A stretch of 64,000 nucleotides of DNA from positions 12,980 through 76,979 of the forward strand of contig CBDBEO010000006.1 of assembly GCA_965204455.1 (NCBI GenBank), written 5' to 3'. Origin of the DNA: an uncultured Candidatus Binatia bacterium (GTDB lineage: Bacteria > Desulfobacterota > Binatia > Bin18). Numbering within the stretch: the stretch's first letter is position 1; each line of letters opens with the position of its first letter. The notes under the pieces were generated by a model. That model did not search any database. It was not told where the DNA came from and saw nothing but the letters and a program-made list of their open reading frames with translations. A program made the translations under genes and the position numbers. This document shows, piece after piece, positions 1 through 9,657 of the stretch.

Positions 1-390
1 CAGCGCCCGTGGCCGGAAGACTTGAGCGAAACGGACAAACTGGAAAACGAGTTTATTCAAAGGTTCGACGAAACGGCGACTCCCGTTCAACGTCCGCAAT
101 ATGGAGAAGCCCTGGCAAGGCGGGCATCCAGCGAGTAAGTCCAATTCGCCGGATTTCAATTCCAACTTCTCCATCAATTCCTGCGGAACAACGTCCTTGA
201 TATCTTTCTTAATCACAGACATCTGTTCGTGGTCCCTCTCGTGGTTCCTTCTGTAGGTCGAGATCGAGAGGGGATCGTTATCGACGGCGGCCACGACCTC
301 GAATCCGGCGCCGCGCAGGCCCAGCGACAGTCCGCCGCAGCCGCAAAACAGGTCGATTGCCCGAAATGGTCCGCCCCGCAACGTCGTCAT
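1..390 (-). CDS. dcm: DNA (cytosine-5) methyltransferase, N-terminal part (runs off the window edge)
   Basis: Manual translation from ATG at 390: MTTLRGGPFRAIDLFCGCGGLSLG (motif I FxGxGG) ... LLAGCPPCQGFS (catalytic motif IV). Not in the ORF track because it is truncated. Confidence 0.93.
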   Translation of the reverse strand, partial: MTTLRGGPFRAIDLFCGCGGLSLGLRGAGFEVVAAVDNDPLSISTYRRNHERDHEQMSVIKKDIKDVVPQELMEKLELKSGELDLLAGCPPCQGFSILRTLNGSRRFVEPLNKLVFQFVRFAQVFRPRAL

Positions 391-404
391 CCTTCCACCC
401 TCCC

Positions 405-2222
405 CTAGCCGGCGAAATCCAGCCCAATCCGAGTAAGGGATACGCCCAGTTTTTGTATCAGGTTCAGCGCGTATTCATATCGAAGCTGGCCGACAACCCT
501 CGCTTCATGGGTTTTCGCGATCAGCCCGTCCTCTCCCGGTTCGATTCTCGATACGTCGAGCCGGAAGTCTTCCCCCGAAAACCGACCCGTATCTTCCGCG
601 TATAAGGCATGCCATTGGGGCGCCGACTCAACTTGTTCGTTGAAGCAAAAGACCTTAACCTCTCCGTCAATCCGCACAAAAACGTAACGGTTGGTCTGTA
701 TGTCCTCAAGCACTTTTCCTGCGGGTATCTTCCGCAACGGAACCGCAATGAATTGAAGTCGAGCGCCGAATGTTTCTTCGCGTTGCGAAGAAGGCCGAGG
801 CACCATATCGCAGGCAGGCGAGAGACAAACCCAGTGCTCGTCACACATGACAAAAATATGCCCCGTATCGAGATGCCAACCTTCCGGAGCCTTGCTGCAG
901 ACGAAGGCATTATGTTCGAGGATCGCCTCTCTCTTGTTTTTTTCGTCCGCCAAATTCACCTCGAAATGGGCTTCGCATATCCGCGCCGCGTCATCGCCGC
1001 CCTTACCCTCCTCTTCGATCAAACGCAGGACGAACTTTTCAACGTCCGGCAGGACGGCGCCCATCAATTGCTCCGAATGGCGCGAAACGCTTTCGGCCAC
1101 ACGCCAGCGTTGATCCGATCTATCGCCAGCGCGCAGAAGACGGTAGTACCAGTACGCCAAGGCCAAGCGGTTGCTTAACACCCGGCCTTGAGCCGCAATG
1201 CCGTGTTCGTCCATCTCCGCCCTGAGCTTCGTAAGGAGAAGTCTTGACGGCCTGGGATTCCAGTCGTCCAGAGCTTTCTGGAGGTCAACCAGTAGATCGC
1301 CGTCACTTACCTTTTTGTTGGAAAATGCGATGAATGCCGAATCGGACTTGATCCACTTGATGGAATCGGACGACCACAACGACGGGTAATACCATTCGTC
1401 CGACTCCGCCGCTTCGCTTCGATCCGCCTTTTTGAATTCGACCGCCTCCCGGTCCTTAAGAAAATATCGCAGAATGAGCTTTCGGGCTTTCGCCAACGAT
1501 CCGGCGGAGGCACCCGATTCCTTGAACAATTTCCCGAGTACGGAGTCGCATAATTCCTTGAACTCCGAATAAGGCGCCCTCCCTTTCGACATCGTTCGAG
1601 CGTAGGTCTTCGGATTCTTGCGGGAATAGAAATACTGCGCGCTATCCACGCTCTCCCTTAGGCGCTCTTCGAACCTCTTGCTATGATCCTCCCCCTCTTC
1701 GATCAATTTCTCGGCCCTCTCCGTCTCCTCCGCCGAAAGCGAATCGGGAGAGGGGTCTATCAGTCCCCACAACACCACCTCGAACGCGACATCAAGGTCC
1801 TCGTTTGTATAAATGACAACCAGATTGAAATGCCCTTCGTACATCAAGCCGCGGAGAATTTGGACCGCACGTCTCCCGTCGCCCTGCTTGTCCTTTTCCA
1901 ATTCATAATCGAGCACGAGAAGGTCGCATTGATGAAGATGCCGTGCCGAATTCGCTTCGTTCTCAAAACCGACGTTCGTCCCGTCATGGATGTCGACGAG
2001 CAGCGGAGGGTTGTTTTGGCGAAAATTCTTTATGACCTGCCTGATCCGTTTCGGATTCTTGTGCCAATCCTTCCCGTCCTTTATTTCCTCGCCCTCGTTT
2101 TTGGCAATCTGGGCTCTGAGAACCTCGTCGAACGTTGGGTAATCGTCGTCGACGATCAGAACGGATCGGATGGGTTTTACGAACGCTTCCTTAATGAACG
2201 CACTGTAATGCTCACCTGCCAT
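405..2222 (-). CDS. Large receiver-domain protein of the type found with paraMORC-histidine kinase / methyltransferase loci
   Basis: Start MAGEHYSAF at 2222, overlapping the upstream stop. VLIVDDD, LLVLDY (phospho-acceptor-like Asp), VVIYTN; C-terminal VCLSPACDM. Confidence 0.75.
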   Translation of the reverse strand: MAGEHYSAFIKEAFVKPIRSVLIVDDDYPTFDEVLRAQIAKNEGEEIKDGKDWHKNPKRIRQVIKNFRQNNPPLLVDIHDGTNVGFENEANSARHLHQCDLLVLDYELEKDKQGDGRRAVQILRGLMYEGHFNLVVIYTNEDLDVAFEVVLWGLIDPSPDSLSAEETERAEKLIEEGEDHSKRFEERLRESVDSAQYFYSRKNPKTYARTMSKGRAPYSEFKELCDSVLGKLFKESGASAGSLAKARKLILRYFLKDREAVEFKKADRSEAAESDEWYYPSLWSSDSIKWIKSDSAFIAFSNKKVSDGDLLVDLQKALDDWNPRPSRLLLTKLRAEMDEHGIAAQGRVLSNRLALAYWYYRLLRAGDRSDQRWRVAESVSRHSEQLMGAVLPDVEKFVLRLIEEEGKGGDDAARICEAHFEVNLADEKNKREAILEHNAFVCSKAPEGWHLDTGHIFVMCDEHWVCLSPACDMVPRPSSQREETFGARLQFIAVPLRKIPAGKVLEDIQTNRYVFVRIDGEVKVFCFNEQVESAPQWHALYAEDTGRFSGEDFRLDVSRIEPGEDGLIAKTHEARVVGQLRYEYALNLIQKLGVSLTRIGLDFAG

Positions 2223-5163
2223 TAAACTCCGCTCCCCTGAATGTGATAAGAAAATTCGCGCCCTCCAGCGGCATACCCTTCCCGGAAGGCTCGTACCTGA
2301 TCGTATGGCCTCCGGCCGCGAGGTTGGCGCGGCATAGATACAGGCCGACTCCCCGGCCGCCCCTGATTTTCCTGGTAAAGAACAGACTGAAGAGGCTATC
2401 CACGTCTTCCGGATCGACGCCCGGCCCGTTATCGGAAACGACCGCCTCCGACCCGACGATGTCGAGCACGATGCGCCGGTCGGCACGATCGCTCGTCCCC
2501 ACCCAATAGATGCTGTTGTTCAGAAGGTTGATGAACACCGGATAGAGGCGCGACCGCTGGTCGAACACGCGAAGCTTCAGAAAGTCGTCCGTGGCGGAGA
2601 GGGATATCTTGTTCTTTGCAAGCATGGAACCGAAGAATTCCGAGAGATAGTCTCGAATCTCCTCCCCGGTGATCCATCGCTGTATCTTCTGCCCCGCAAG
2701 CCGCAGGGGCGAGAGAAACCGCAGCCGATCGGCCAGTCCCTCGTATCCGAGTTGGATATCCCTGACGGCGCGGCCGTCGCGAATGTCTTCCGGAAGACGC
2801 CGTAATCCCGATTCGATCATGTCGTCGTAGGATTGCAGCTCGTGGGCCACGATCTCCACCGCTATGCCGAGCTGCGCCAGACCATTCAGCCTGTCCAGTT
2901 CTCCCTGCAATTCGCCGATCTCTTCCATGCCGAACGTTGCCAAATGCTCCAGATCGATGCTCTCCTGCAGGCTTTCGAGCGCACCGATGTAGGGGACGAA
3001 GATCACCCTGTTCTCCTCGTCCAGCCGCTCCTTGAGCCGATCCATCAGTTTCGAGACCTCCCCGTAGGACATCCCGCTTGTGGCGACGCGGTGGACCAGC
3101 GGCTCGGCCTCGGTATGGAACGCCTTATTCCGTCTGTCCAGGATTTCCCCGATCCGTTGAGCCTCCGCGTCCTGAAGCCGCTTGATGTCTTTCTTCCATC
3201 CCTGAATGCGGCGATGAATTTGCGCGGCTTGGCGAGCCAGCTGCTTCCGCAGAAGCTCCTGGGGCGAGGCGGGCTTGATTCGCTCGGCCCCGAGATCAAT
3301 GCTCTCGCCTAGACTTGCGACGGTCGTCTGAACCGCCCCCAGCGTAGTGCGGTAGTCGGCATACGTGTCCTTAAGAGTGCCGAGGTTCTTCGGGGCGCCC
3401 GGAAGCCTGAAGTCGGAAAGGCGCTCGCGGAACCCCTCCAGTCTGTGCCGTGCCCGGACAAGCTGCGCTTCGGTCTCGATGTCCAGGTCCTCCGCATAGT
3501 CCTCTACGTCCCGGGCGAATTCCGGCAGCTCCCGGGAATAGCGCCTGAGTTTCGACCGAAATTCCTTCCGTTGCCGCCTGCGCAGCTTGTCTCTGGCCTC
3601 GTCGGCCCGTCGACGGGCATTCTCGGCGGATATCTGGGGCAACAGTTCCTTCCGAACTTCGGACGCCGAACCGAAATAGCGGCGGGCCGACTGCATTAGA
3701 ATGTTGGCGACCAGGGCCTTAAGCGCCTTTGCCGCACGGTTGTCGATCAGGCCCTCCCGGCCCGCCTTGTCCTTCAGGTTCGGATTGTCCTCGCGGGTGA
3801 CGGCGAGACGGCCGAACATCTGGCGATGATTCCAGAATTCGCGTCCGGCGCTTTTGCTGCGGCGCGACTCGATCTCGAAGAAATCGTTGTCGGTGCGGCC
3901 GTACGGCAGGACGCGCAGGCCGTCCCGGAACACCATGAAGCCGGAGTATTTTGCGGCAAGGTCCCGATAGCGTTGGAACTCCTCCGGCGAATGGGTCGTA
4001 TTCTTCGACTCGAACTCCATCGACGCGATATAGAGATCCAAGGGGCCGACCCTGGTGTCGCGGCGGCGCGGGATCGACAAATCGTCGGGCGGCTCGATGA
4101 CACAGTCGTCGGACAGCCATTCGCCGAAGGCCCTGACGCGCCCCGTGAAGACGCCGCCGGAGTCGATCCGGCCCTCCAGAATGTGCTCCATGCCGTCGAC
4201 CTGGCGTCTATCAAATTGTTTTTCCGAGCCGAGGATTACTCGATGGTTGTCGCCCTCCCATACGCGGACGGCGTAGGAGAACTGCGGATCGTACCTTGCG
4301 GCGCCGGGATCGGCCGGATCAACGAACGGATCGACGAAGCTGGAAAGCGTCTCGAAAAAGCGCTCCTTTGCTCCCGCGGCCGACGTTTCGGCAACCTCTT
4401 CGTCCAGGTGGACGCGCAGGTCGTAGTTGATGCCGGAGACGAGTAGCGCCGTCCCGTGACCGCACGATCCCTCCCACACCGGCCATTGTTGAAGGTGCCG
4501 GAGATCGAAAGGCACGTTCTTAATGGTGGACAGAATATCCTCGGAAGGATGTTCCGTGCCATGGAGTCGGTCGAATGCCTTCCAGGCCGCCCGGAGACGG
4601 CTTTTGCGTCCCGCGTCGGAGCCGCCTTTCACATTCTCGGACAGGACGTCGACGAGATCAGGGAGTTGGTCGAAGACTTGCTCGGCATAGTCGAACTCCG
4701 TTACCGGAACGAGAATATCGGACAGATTGATGAAGGGATTTTCGAACAGACGCCAGTCGACCAGCGCGGCGACAAACGGGTCTTGCGTCCGCTTCGAGAC
4801 CAGCAACAGAACCGGTCCCAGATTGGCGCACGACAGCCGTCCGATCCCTTTCTGGCCCTGACGCGGACGAAGCCGCAAGCCGTGACGGTCCACGGGTGCC
4901 GTGGCGGCTCCGGTCGCCTTGGCTTCGGTCCCGACGACCAGCCAGCGCTCCGCGAACTCGCCGCGGTTCATGCCGTGGCCATCGTCGAGGATGGCCGCCG
5001 CCGGCTCCTCGCCGTCATAGATATTCAGCTCGACATTGCGGGCATACGCATCGAACGCGTTCTTCCACAGCTCGGAGATGGCGGTGGGACAGTCGGCGAT
5101 CTGCTCGCGGCCGAGATGATCGACCGTGCGGGCTCGCGCCTGGAACGCGCTTCCCTCAATCAT
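2212..5163 (-). CDS. GHKL/MORC-like ATPase fused to a C-terminal histidine kinase (paraMORC-HK)
   Basis: N-terminal ELWKNAFDA, DDGHGM, GQKGIG; central coiled coil; C-terminal VAHEL (H box), NLLNNS, DNGPG, GGRGVGL. ATG at 5163 overlaps the upstream TGA (ATGA). Confidence 0.88.
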   Translation of the reverse strand: MIEGSAFQARARTVDHLGREQIADCPTAISELWKNAFDAYARNVELNIYDGEEPAAAILDDGHGMNRGEFAERWLVVGTEAKATGAATAPVDRHGLRLRPRQGQKGIGRLSCANLGPVLLLVSKRTQDPFVAALVDWRLFENPFINLSDILVPVTEFDYAEQVFDQLPDLVDVLSENVKGGSDAGRKSRLRAAWKAFDRLHGTEHPSEDILSTIKNVPFDLRHLQQWPVWEGSCGHGTALLVSGINYDLRVHLDEEVAETSAAGAKERFFETLSSFVDPFVDPADPGAARYDPQFSYAVRVWEGDNHRVILGSEKQFDRRQVDGMEHILEGRIDSGGVFTGRVRAFGEWLSDDCVIEPPDDLSIPRRRDTRVGPLDLYIASMEFESKNTTHSPEEFQRYRDLAAKYSGFMVFRDGLRVLPYGRTDNDFFEIESRRSKSAGREFWNHRQMFGRLAVTREDNPNLKDKAGREGLIDNRAAKALKALVANILMQSARRYFGSASEVRKELLPQISAENARRRADEARDKLRRRQRKEFRSKLRRYSRELPEFARDVEDYAEDLDIETEAQLVRARHRLEGFRERLSDFRLPGAPKNLGTLKDTYADYRTTLGAVQTTVASLGESIDLGAERIKPASPQELLRKQLARQAAQIHRRIQGWKKDIKRLQDAEAQRIGEILDRRNKAFHTEAEPLVHRVATSGMSYGEVSKLMDRLKERLDEENRVIFVPYIGALESLQESIDLEHLATFGMEEIGELQGELDRLNGLAQLGIAVEIVAHELQSYDDMIESGLRRLPEDIRDGRAVRDIQLGYEGLADRLRFLSPLRLAGQKIQRWITGEEIRDYLSEFFGSMLAKNKISLSATDDFLKLRVFDQRSRLYPVFINLLNNSIYWVGTSDRADRRIVLDIVGSEAVVSDNGPGVDPEDVDSLFSLFFTRKIRGGRGVGLYLCRANLAAGGHTIRYEPSGKGMPLEGANFLITFRGAEFNGR

Positions 5164-5444
5164 GCCAGCCGTCGCTGTTTTGGCCCGGGCGTCTCGGGTG
5201 GCGCTCCGTTTTCCCGTGACCGGCCGCCCCTTTCCGATCCACCGATCGCGGAGTGAACCAGCGGCAGACGGAGTTGATTCAAGGATGCTCCCTGGCAAGC
5301 GAGGAAATCCATGATGGCTCGCCGGGCAATCTGGGCTACTGGCGCATCTTCATGATCGGCGATGGCCCGCAACGTCGAATAGGCCCGATCATCGAGATTG
5401 ACCGTTACCCGGGCAGTCTTAATCCGTCCTTTGGGCCTTGCCAT
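5160..5444 (-). CDS. Ribbon-helix-helix (CopG-like) regulator, first gene of the MORC-HK/Rec/Dcm operon
   Basis: RVTVNLDDRAYSTLRAIADHEDAPVAQIARRAIMDFL fits the RHH pattern; translationally coupled to the next gene. Confidence 0.75.
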   Translation of the reverse strand: MARPKGRIKTARVTVNLDDRAYSTLRAIADHEDAPVAQIARRAIMDFLACQGASLNQLRLPLVHSAIGGSERGGRSRENGAPPETPGPKQRRLA

Positions 5445-5744
5445 GAATGCAGTTTAATGCAGCAATAAACCCCTGTCAAATCGGACTTTCAGAAGCCTCG
5501 TCCCTCTGAAGTGTACAACACCCGGGCCTTTCACCAGCTGCATCGGCACGCTCCTTGGGCACATCCTGGGCCTGCTCCCTCCCCTCCCCGCTGGTCCTGT
5601 TATGACCAGGAACAATACGGCGTCAGATAAATGTTCGTCGCATAAGCGTTTATTCAGAATCGTGGTTGCTGTTCAAATTCCCCTGCCAGTCCTATAAAAG
5701 AGGCCAGCGCAAATCAGGCGAACGAAGGAGAGGATGAGGAGCCC

Positions 5745-6482
5745 ATGCTGACCTTTGAGCCCGGCCGCAAGTACACTCGACCTGCCGTCAAAGAACTGGC
5801 GGGTCTTCCACCGAATGCCAAAGGCGGAATCTGGGATACTGGGATTGTGGAGCATAGTGGCGAGTTCTTGATCTTCGCCAATGTAGGCATTGAAGGGCGA
5901 ACCGGACACGACTACAGCAACCGTTGGGAGGACAAACTCTTTCGGTGGTACCACAAGAACGGCTCCCATCTTGGCTGGGAAAGCTGCAAGAGATTGCTGG
6001 AAGAGGGGCGCATTGTTCACGTGTTCTGGCGCGGCTCCAACACATCCGCTTTCGAATATGCAGGTACCGCGAAAGCGGTCGAGGTTGTGGATTCCTCACC
6101 AGTGGAGATCCTCTGGGCGTTCGGTACCACCGATTTTCATCAAATCCCGGAGCAGGTTTTATCCATGGAGTATCGAGAAGGGGATGTCCGGCGAGTGCTG
6201 GTGAATGCATACGAACGAGATCGTGCCGCGCGCCGGGCGTGCATTGACCACTTCGGGGCGATCTGCGCTGTGTGTAATTTCCGATTCGAGGAGCGATACG
6301 GCCCACTCGGCTCAGGTTTTATGCACGTGCATCACCTTGTGCCCTTATCGGAGATCAAAGCTGACTCCAAGGTTGACCCGATACGCGATCTCCGCCCGGT
6401 TTGTCCCAACTGTCACGCGATGCTCCACCGACGACAGCCACCGTTTTCAATTGAAGAACTTCGCAAGATGCTCCGCGATTAG
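5745..6482 (+). CDS. McrA-like HNH endonuclease with an N-terminal putative modified-base reader domain
   Basis: YERDRAAR..CAVC..HVHH..DLRPVCPNCHAMLH is the McrA-type HNH signature; GAGGAG RBS. Confidence 0.85.
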   Translation: MLTFEPGRKYTRPAVKELAGLPPNAKGGIWDTGIVEHSGEFLIFANVGIEGRTGHDYSNRWEDKLFRWYHKNGSHLGWESCKRLLEEGRIVHVFWRGSNTSAFEYAGTAKAVEVVDSSPVEILWAFGTTDFHQIPEQVLSMEYREGDVRRVLVNAYERDRAARRACIDHFGAICAVCNFRFEERYGPLGSGFMHVHHLVPLSEIKADSKVDPIRDLRPVCPNCHAMLHRRQPPFSIEELRKMLRD

Positions 6483-6695
6483 GCGGCCTCGGAGCGTCGC
6501 TAGAGTATTTTCATTAATTTTAGCGTGAAGCGGCCGTGGAGCGCTCCGGAGGACTGGGAGGCCAAGCCGCCGCCGAGCTGAAGATTTTTAGGCGGAGCCC
6601 GCCGTGTATCCGCGATTCATTCAGTCGGGCGTGACACGTTCAGCGACGTAAGTCCTTAATTTCCCTCTACCGCGTCTCAGCCGCGCCGCCCGCAG

Positions 6696-6723
6696 TGTCC
6701 GAATAACGCCCAATGTGTCGAGT
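6696..6723 (+). other. Degenerate dif/Xer-like 28-bp site
   Basis: TGTCCGAATAA-CGCCCA-ATGTGTCGAGT (11-6-11 layout); similar to 8734-8761. Confidence 0.35.
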
Positions 6724-6786
6724 TTGAGAGCGTGGGGGTACTGTCCTAATTAGGGTAATAACATACTTGCCTAATCCACGCGTCGT

Positions 6787-6996
6787 GTGGTAGGTTCCCG
6801 CCCCATGAAGCGGCGTCCCCCTCCGGCCAGAGAGTACCTTGAAGGCCCCGAAGCGATCCAGCGCTTTGAGACCCTGGCGAAACGGATGCTGACCACCCCG
6901 CCCCTACGCCCGAAGGCGCGCCGGACGGGGCGGCCGAAGCGCAGCCATGCGGTGGTCCCTGCCCAGCAGACCGTGCACCGTTTGACGGGCGGCTAA
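6787..6996 (+). CDS. Small passenger ORF inside the IS1595
   Basis: Lies inside the left end, convergent with the transposase; EYLEGPEAIQRFETLAKRML; function unknown. Confidence 0.4.
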   Translation: MVGSRPMKRRPPPAREYLEGPEAIQRFETLAKRMLTTPPLRPKARRTGRPKRSHAVVPAQQTVHRLTGG

Positions 6997-7947
6997 GTCC
7001 GCGAGGTCTCCCTCGCCGATCAACTGCTGAGAGGGGAGCCGGTTGTCCGCCAGCGCGCGGGCCACCACCACAAAGCGATCCGCGTCCCGTCCGCCCCGCG
7101 CAGTGAAGCGAAAGACCTGCTCATCCAGATACCGGCGCAGAGGGAACGGCTCCACACTGACAGACGAGCCTTTGATGGTGCGTTTGAGCAAGGCCCAGCA
7201 GTTCTCCATACGGTTCGTGGTGACGTGATCCCGGACATACGCCTCGGCATGGTTGATGATCTGATGCACGTAGGCTTCGTCCAGCCCCCGGTAGCCGCTG
7301 TACTCATCGGTATGGAGTTCGCTGCCTGGGGTGACGTGCTGGCGCACTTCCTGGTGCAACGCTCCCCGCTGCGTGTTCGGGAACACCGTCGCATGAACCC
7401 GGCTCGTGCGAGGGCCGTGGGGGCGCTCTAACAGCCCCATGACGGCCGTCTTGCCCGCCCCACCCGTGCCCGTGATCTTCCGCGCCTTGACCGCCTGATG
7501 CATGAACCGGGCCTTGCCGCCGATAAACGTTTCATCGGCTTCGACCTCGCCGCCCAGGGGCTCAGGCGGGTCATGTTGCATGGCGTACCGAATCCGGTGC
7601 AGCATGAACCACGCCGTCTTCTGCGTCACGCCCAGCGCCCGGTGCAGCTCGTAGGACGAGATGCCGGTCTTGCCGTTGGCCAGCAGCCAGATCGCCGGCA
7701 CCCACTTGGCCAGCGGGAGCGGGCTGTCTTCCATGACCGTGCCGACCTTGATGCTGAACTGCCGCCGGGCGTGTTTGGTCTTACACTGCCAGCGCCGTTG
7801 CGTGGCCAGGTAATGCACCTGGTCACTTCCGCAGGTCGGACACCTCACCCCGCCCGGCCAGCGCATCGTCACCAAGGCGTCAATGCAACGCTGCTCGTCG
7901 CTGAAATAGCAGATGGCGTCTTGCAGAGTGCGTGGGGGCGGTGGCAT
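6904..7947 (-). CDS. IS1595-family transposase (Zn ribbon, HTH, DDE)
   Basis: CPTCGS..WQC zinc ribbon, QKTAWFMLHRIR, EADETFIGG, LHTDEY, TNRMEN, YLDEQVFRF. Confidence 0.92.
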   Translation of the reverse strand: MPPPPRTLQDAICYFSDEQRCIDALVTMRWPGGVRCPTCGSDQVHYLATQRRWQCKTKHARRQFSIKVGTVMEDSPLPLAKWVPAIWLLANGKTGISSYELHRALGVTQKTAWFMLHRIRYAMQHDPPEPLGGEVEADETFIGGKARFMHQAVKARKITGTGGAGKTAVMGLLERPHGPRTSRVHATVFPNTQRGALHQEVRQHVTPGSELHTDEYSGYRGLDEAYVHQIINHAEAYVRDHVTTNRMENCWALLKRTIKGSSVSVEPFPLRRYLDEQVFRFTARGGRDADRFVVVARALADNRLPSQQLIGEGDLADLAARQTVHGLLGRDHRMAALRPPRPARLRA

Positions 7948-8025
7948 GCCGACAGTCTACCCCAGCCCCTCGCTTAGGCAAGTATGTTATTACCCTAATT
8001 AGCGCAAAGAAGAAAGGAGCACACA

Positions 8026-8424
8026 ATGACTACCCTTCCAAACTCGTGGCACAGGTCAGTCGTGACGATCCTGGATACCCTCGTTCGTCAGGCCAGGCAG
8101 CAGACACCCCTCACCTATCAACAGCTCGCTGACGAGATCGGATGGCAGCGACCTCTTCCCAACCTGGGGGAGCCGCTTGGCACGATTAACCTCGCTTTGC
8201 ACGTCTTAGGCAAGGCATGGGGCGAGCACATCCCGTCAATTTCGGCCCTCGTGGTTAGAACGCAAGATGGCCTACCGGGTGCGGGCTTTGCCGAGCTTAT
8301 CAATCGGGCACCAGACCAATATGCTGGGCTGTCCAGAACGGAGCGTCGCCGCCTCGTAAAGCCGATCCAACAGGCGGTGTATGCGTACAAGAAATGGGAC
8401 AAGGTGCGGCATGCGGTCAGGTAA
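8026..8424 (+). CDS. Hypothetical winged-helix-like protein
   Basis: AAGGAG RBS; LTYQQLADEIG...ISALVV...GLPGAGF resembles wHTH domains often found fused to nucleases. Confidence 0.6.
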   Translation: MTTLPNSWHRSVVTILDTLVRQARQQTPLTYQQLADEIGWQRPLPNLGEPLGTINLALHVLGKAWGEHIPSISALVVRTQDGLPGAGFAELINRAPDQYAGLSRTERRRLVKPIQQAVYAYKKWDKVRHAVR

Positions 8425-8733
8425 CGAGTGAGCCTGGGGAATGCTGCTCGCGGCTCGTCTCAGCGCGCTGGCGTAAGTGCCTGTTCTCTGGCGAGGGTCC
8501 AGGTAAGGGGCGGGCCGAGTACGGCTGGCTGGGGCCAATTCTGGTGCCCGGATTCCGCCGATTCGCCCGAGCGGCTCCGCTTTGGCCCGCAAACGGCGCT
8601 CAGAGGCCGGAACGCCCCCAGACGGCCACACGGGGCCGTCTGGGGGCCGGGGAAAGCCGCGACAGCCGCCCTAGGCGGCCACACAGCGGAATTGCAGGGG
8701 GCGCGGCGGGCCGCCGTTCCAGACGGGCCGATT

Positions 8734-8761
8734 CCGTCCGATAACGCGCAATGTGTCAACT
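8734..8761 (+). other. Degenerate dif/Xer-like 28-bp site
   Basis: CCGTCCGATAA-CGCGCA-ATGTGTCAACT; right arm has two mismatches to TTATGTCAACT. Confidence 0.4.
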
Positions 8762-8979
8762 TTGGGAGAGCAGGCGGGACCGGGCTCAGTGGGCAAGGGG
8801 AAGAGCCCGGCCCTGAGAGGAGAGGGTACCGTCATTGTACCGGGCCACGCCGGCACTCTCAAACGCGCGGCTGTGGGGAACGGCCAGGGGCTGAGAACGG
8901 GCAAGGTGTCTCCCTTTGGGCAGGGCTGCGGCCGAGGCGGCGGCCGTGCTTTACCTGGGCGGCCTTGTCCAGCTCTGCC

Positions 8980-9121
8980 GCCACGTGCCCGTCGGGGGAA
9001 GCAGATTCACGACGCCAACATCGTGGCCACCATGCTGGTATACGGGGAGCGTAGACTGCTGACGTTCAACGCGGACGACTTCCGCCGGTACGGCGACCGC
9101 CTCGAACTGGTCGTGGGATAG
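8980..9121 (+). pseudogene. VapC/PIN toxin, C-terminal fragment
   Basis: GKQIHDANIVATMLVYGERRLLTFNADDFRRY is a PIN C-terminus; no intact N-terminus in frame. Confidence 0.75.
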
Positions 9122-9248
9122 CCACGTCTTCGGCACCGTGTCAATGAAAATCCGCTCACGCTCTGGCTCCTCGGAGCAAATCATGAATTGCGGAACGGCC
9201 GGGGGCAGCCCTCACGGCCGCGCTGAAGGCTGCCTGGAAGGAGACGAC

Positions 9249-9550
9249 ATGCGTACGTTCGGCGCTGATCTGATCAGTCCCTCACGGAAGCGCTCGCCTA
9301 TGCCAAGGGCGAAGGGCGCGCCCTCGTCCACGCGCCCGCGACGCCGCGCGAGGTGCGGAAGCAGGCGAAGCTCACGCAGGCCCAGATGGCCCCGCTGATG
9401 GGCATGAGCCTCTCCGGCTATCGGAAATGGGAGCAGGGCACGCGGCGGGTCAGCGGCCCGGCCGCGACCCTGCTGCACGTGATTGAAAGGGAGCCGGAGG
9501 CTGTCCGGCGCGTCCTGCTGTCCCTCAGCGGCACGGGTCCACCCTCCTAA
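9249..9550 (+). pseudogene. HigA-like HTH antitoxin, frameshifted
   Basis: MRTFGADLI followed, after a 1-nt shift, by SLTEALAYAKG...VRKQAKLTQAQMA..SGYRKWEQG; AAGGAG RBS. Confidence 0.75.
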
Positions 9551-9657
9551 GCCCTTGCTCACCACGCTGAGGTGTGGTGCTATCCGCCGGAAAGGCTCTT
9601 GGTCGGTGACGGTGACAATCAACTGGTACCCCTGTCCATCTGGGGGATTAGTGCACT

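Larger units (their letters stand above)
6754..7994 (-). mobile_element. IS1595-family insertion sequence
   Basis: Perfect 21-bp terminal IRs GGTAATAACATACTTGCCTAA (6754-6774 / 7974-7994) and 8-bp target duplication CTAATTAG (6746-6753, 7995-8002). Confidence 0.93.

Noticed and set aside
5620-5660. Additional dif-like site (GTCGCATAA...)
   Set aside because: Spacer and right arm do not fit the 11-6-11 layout.
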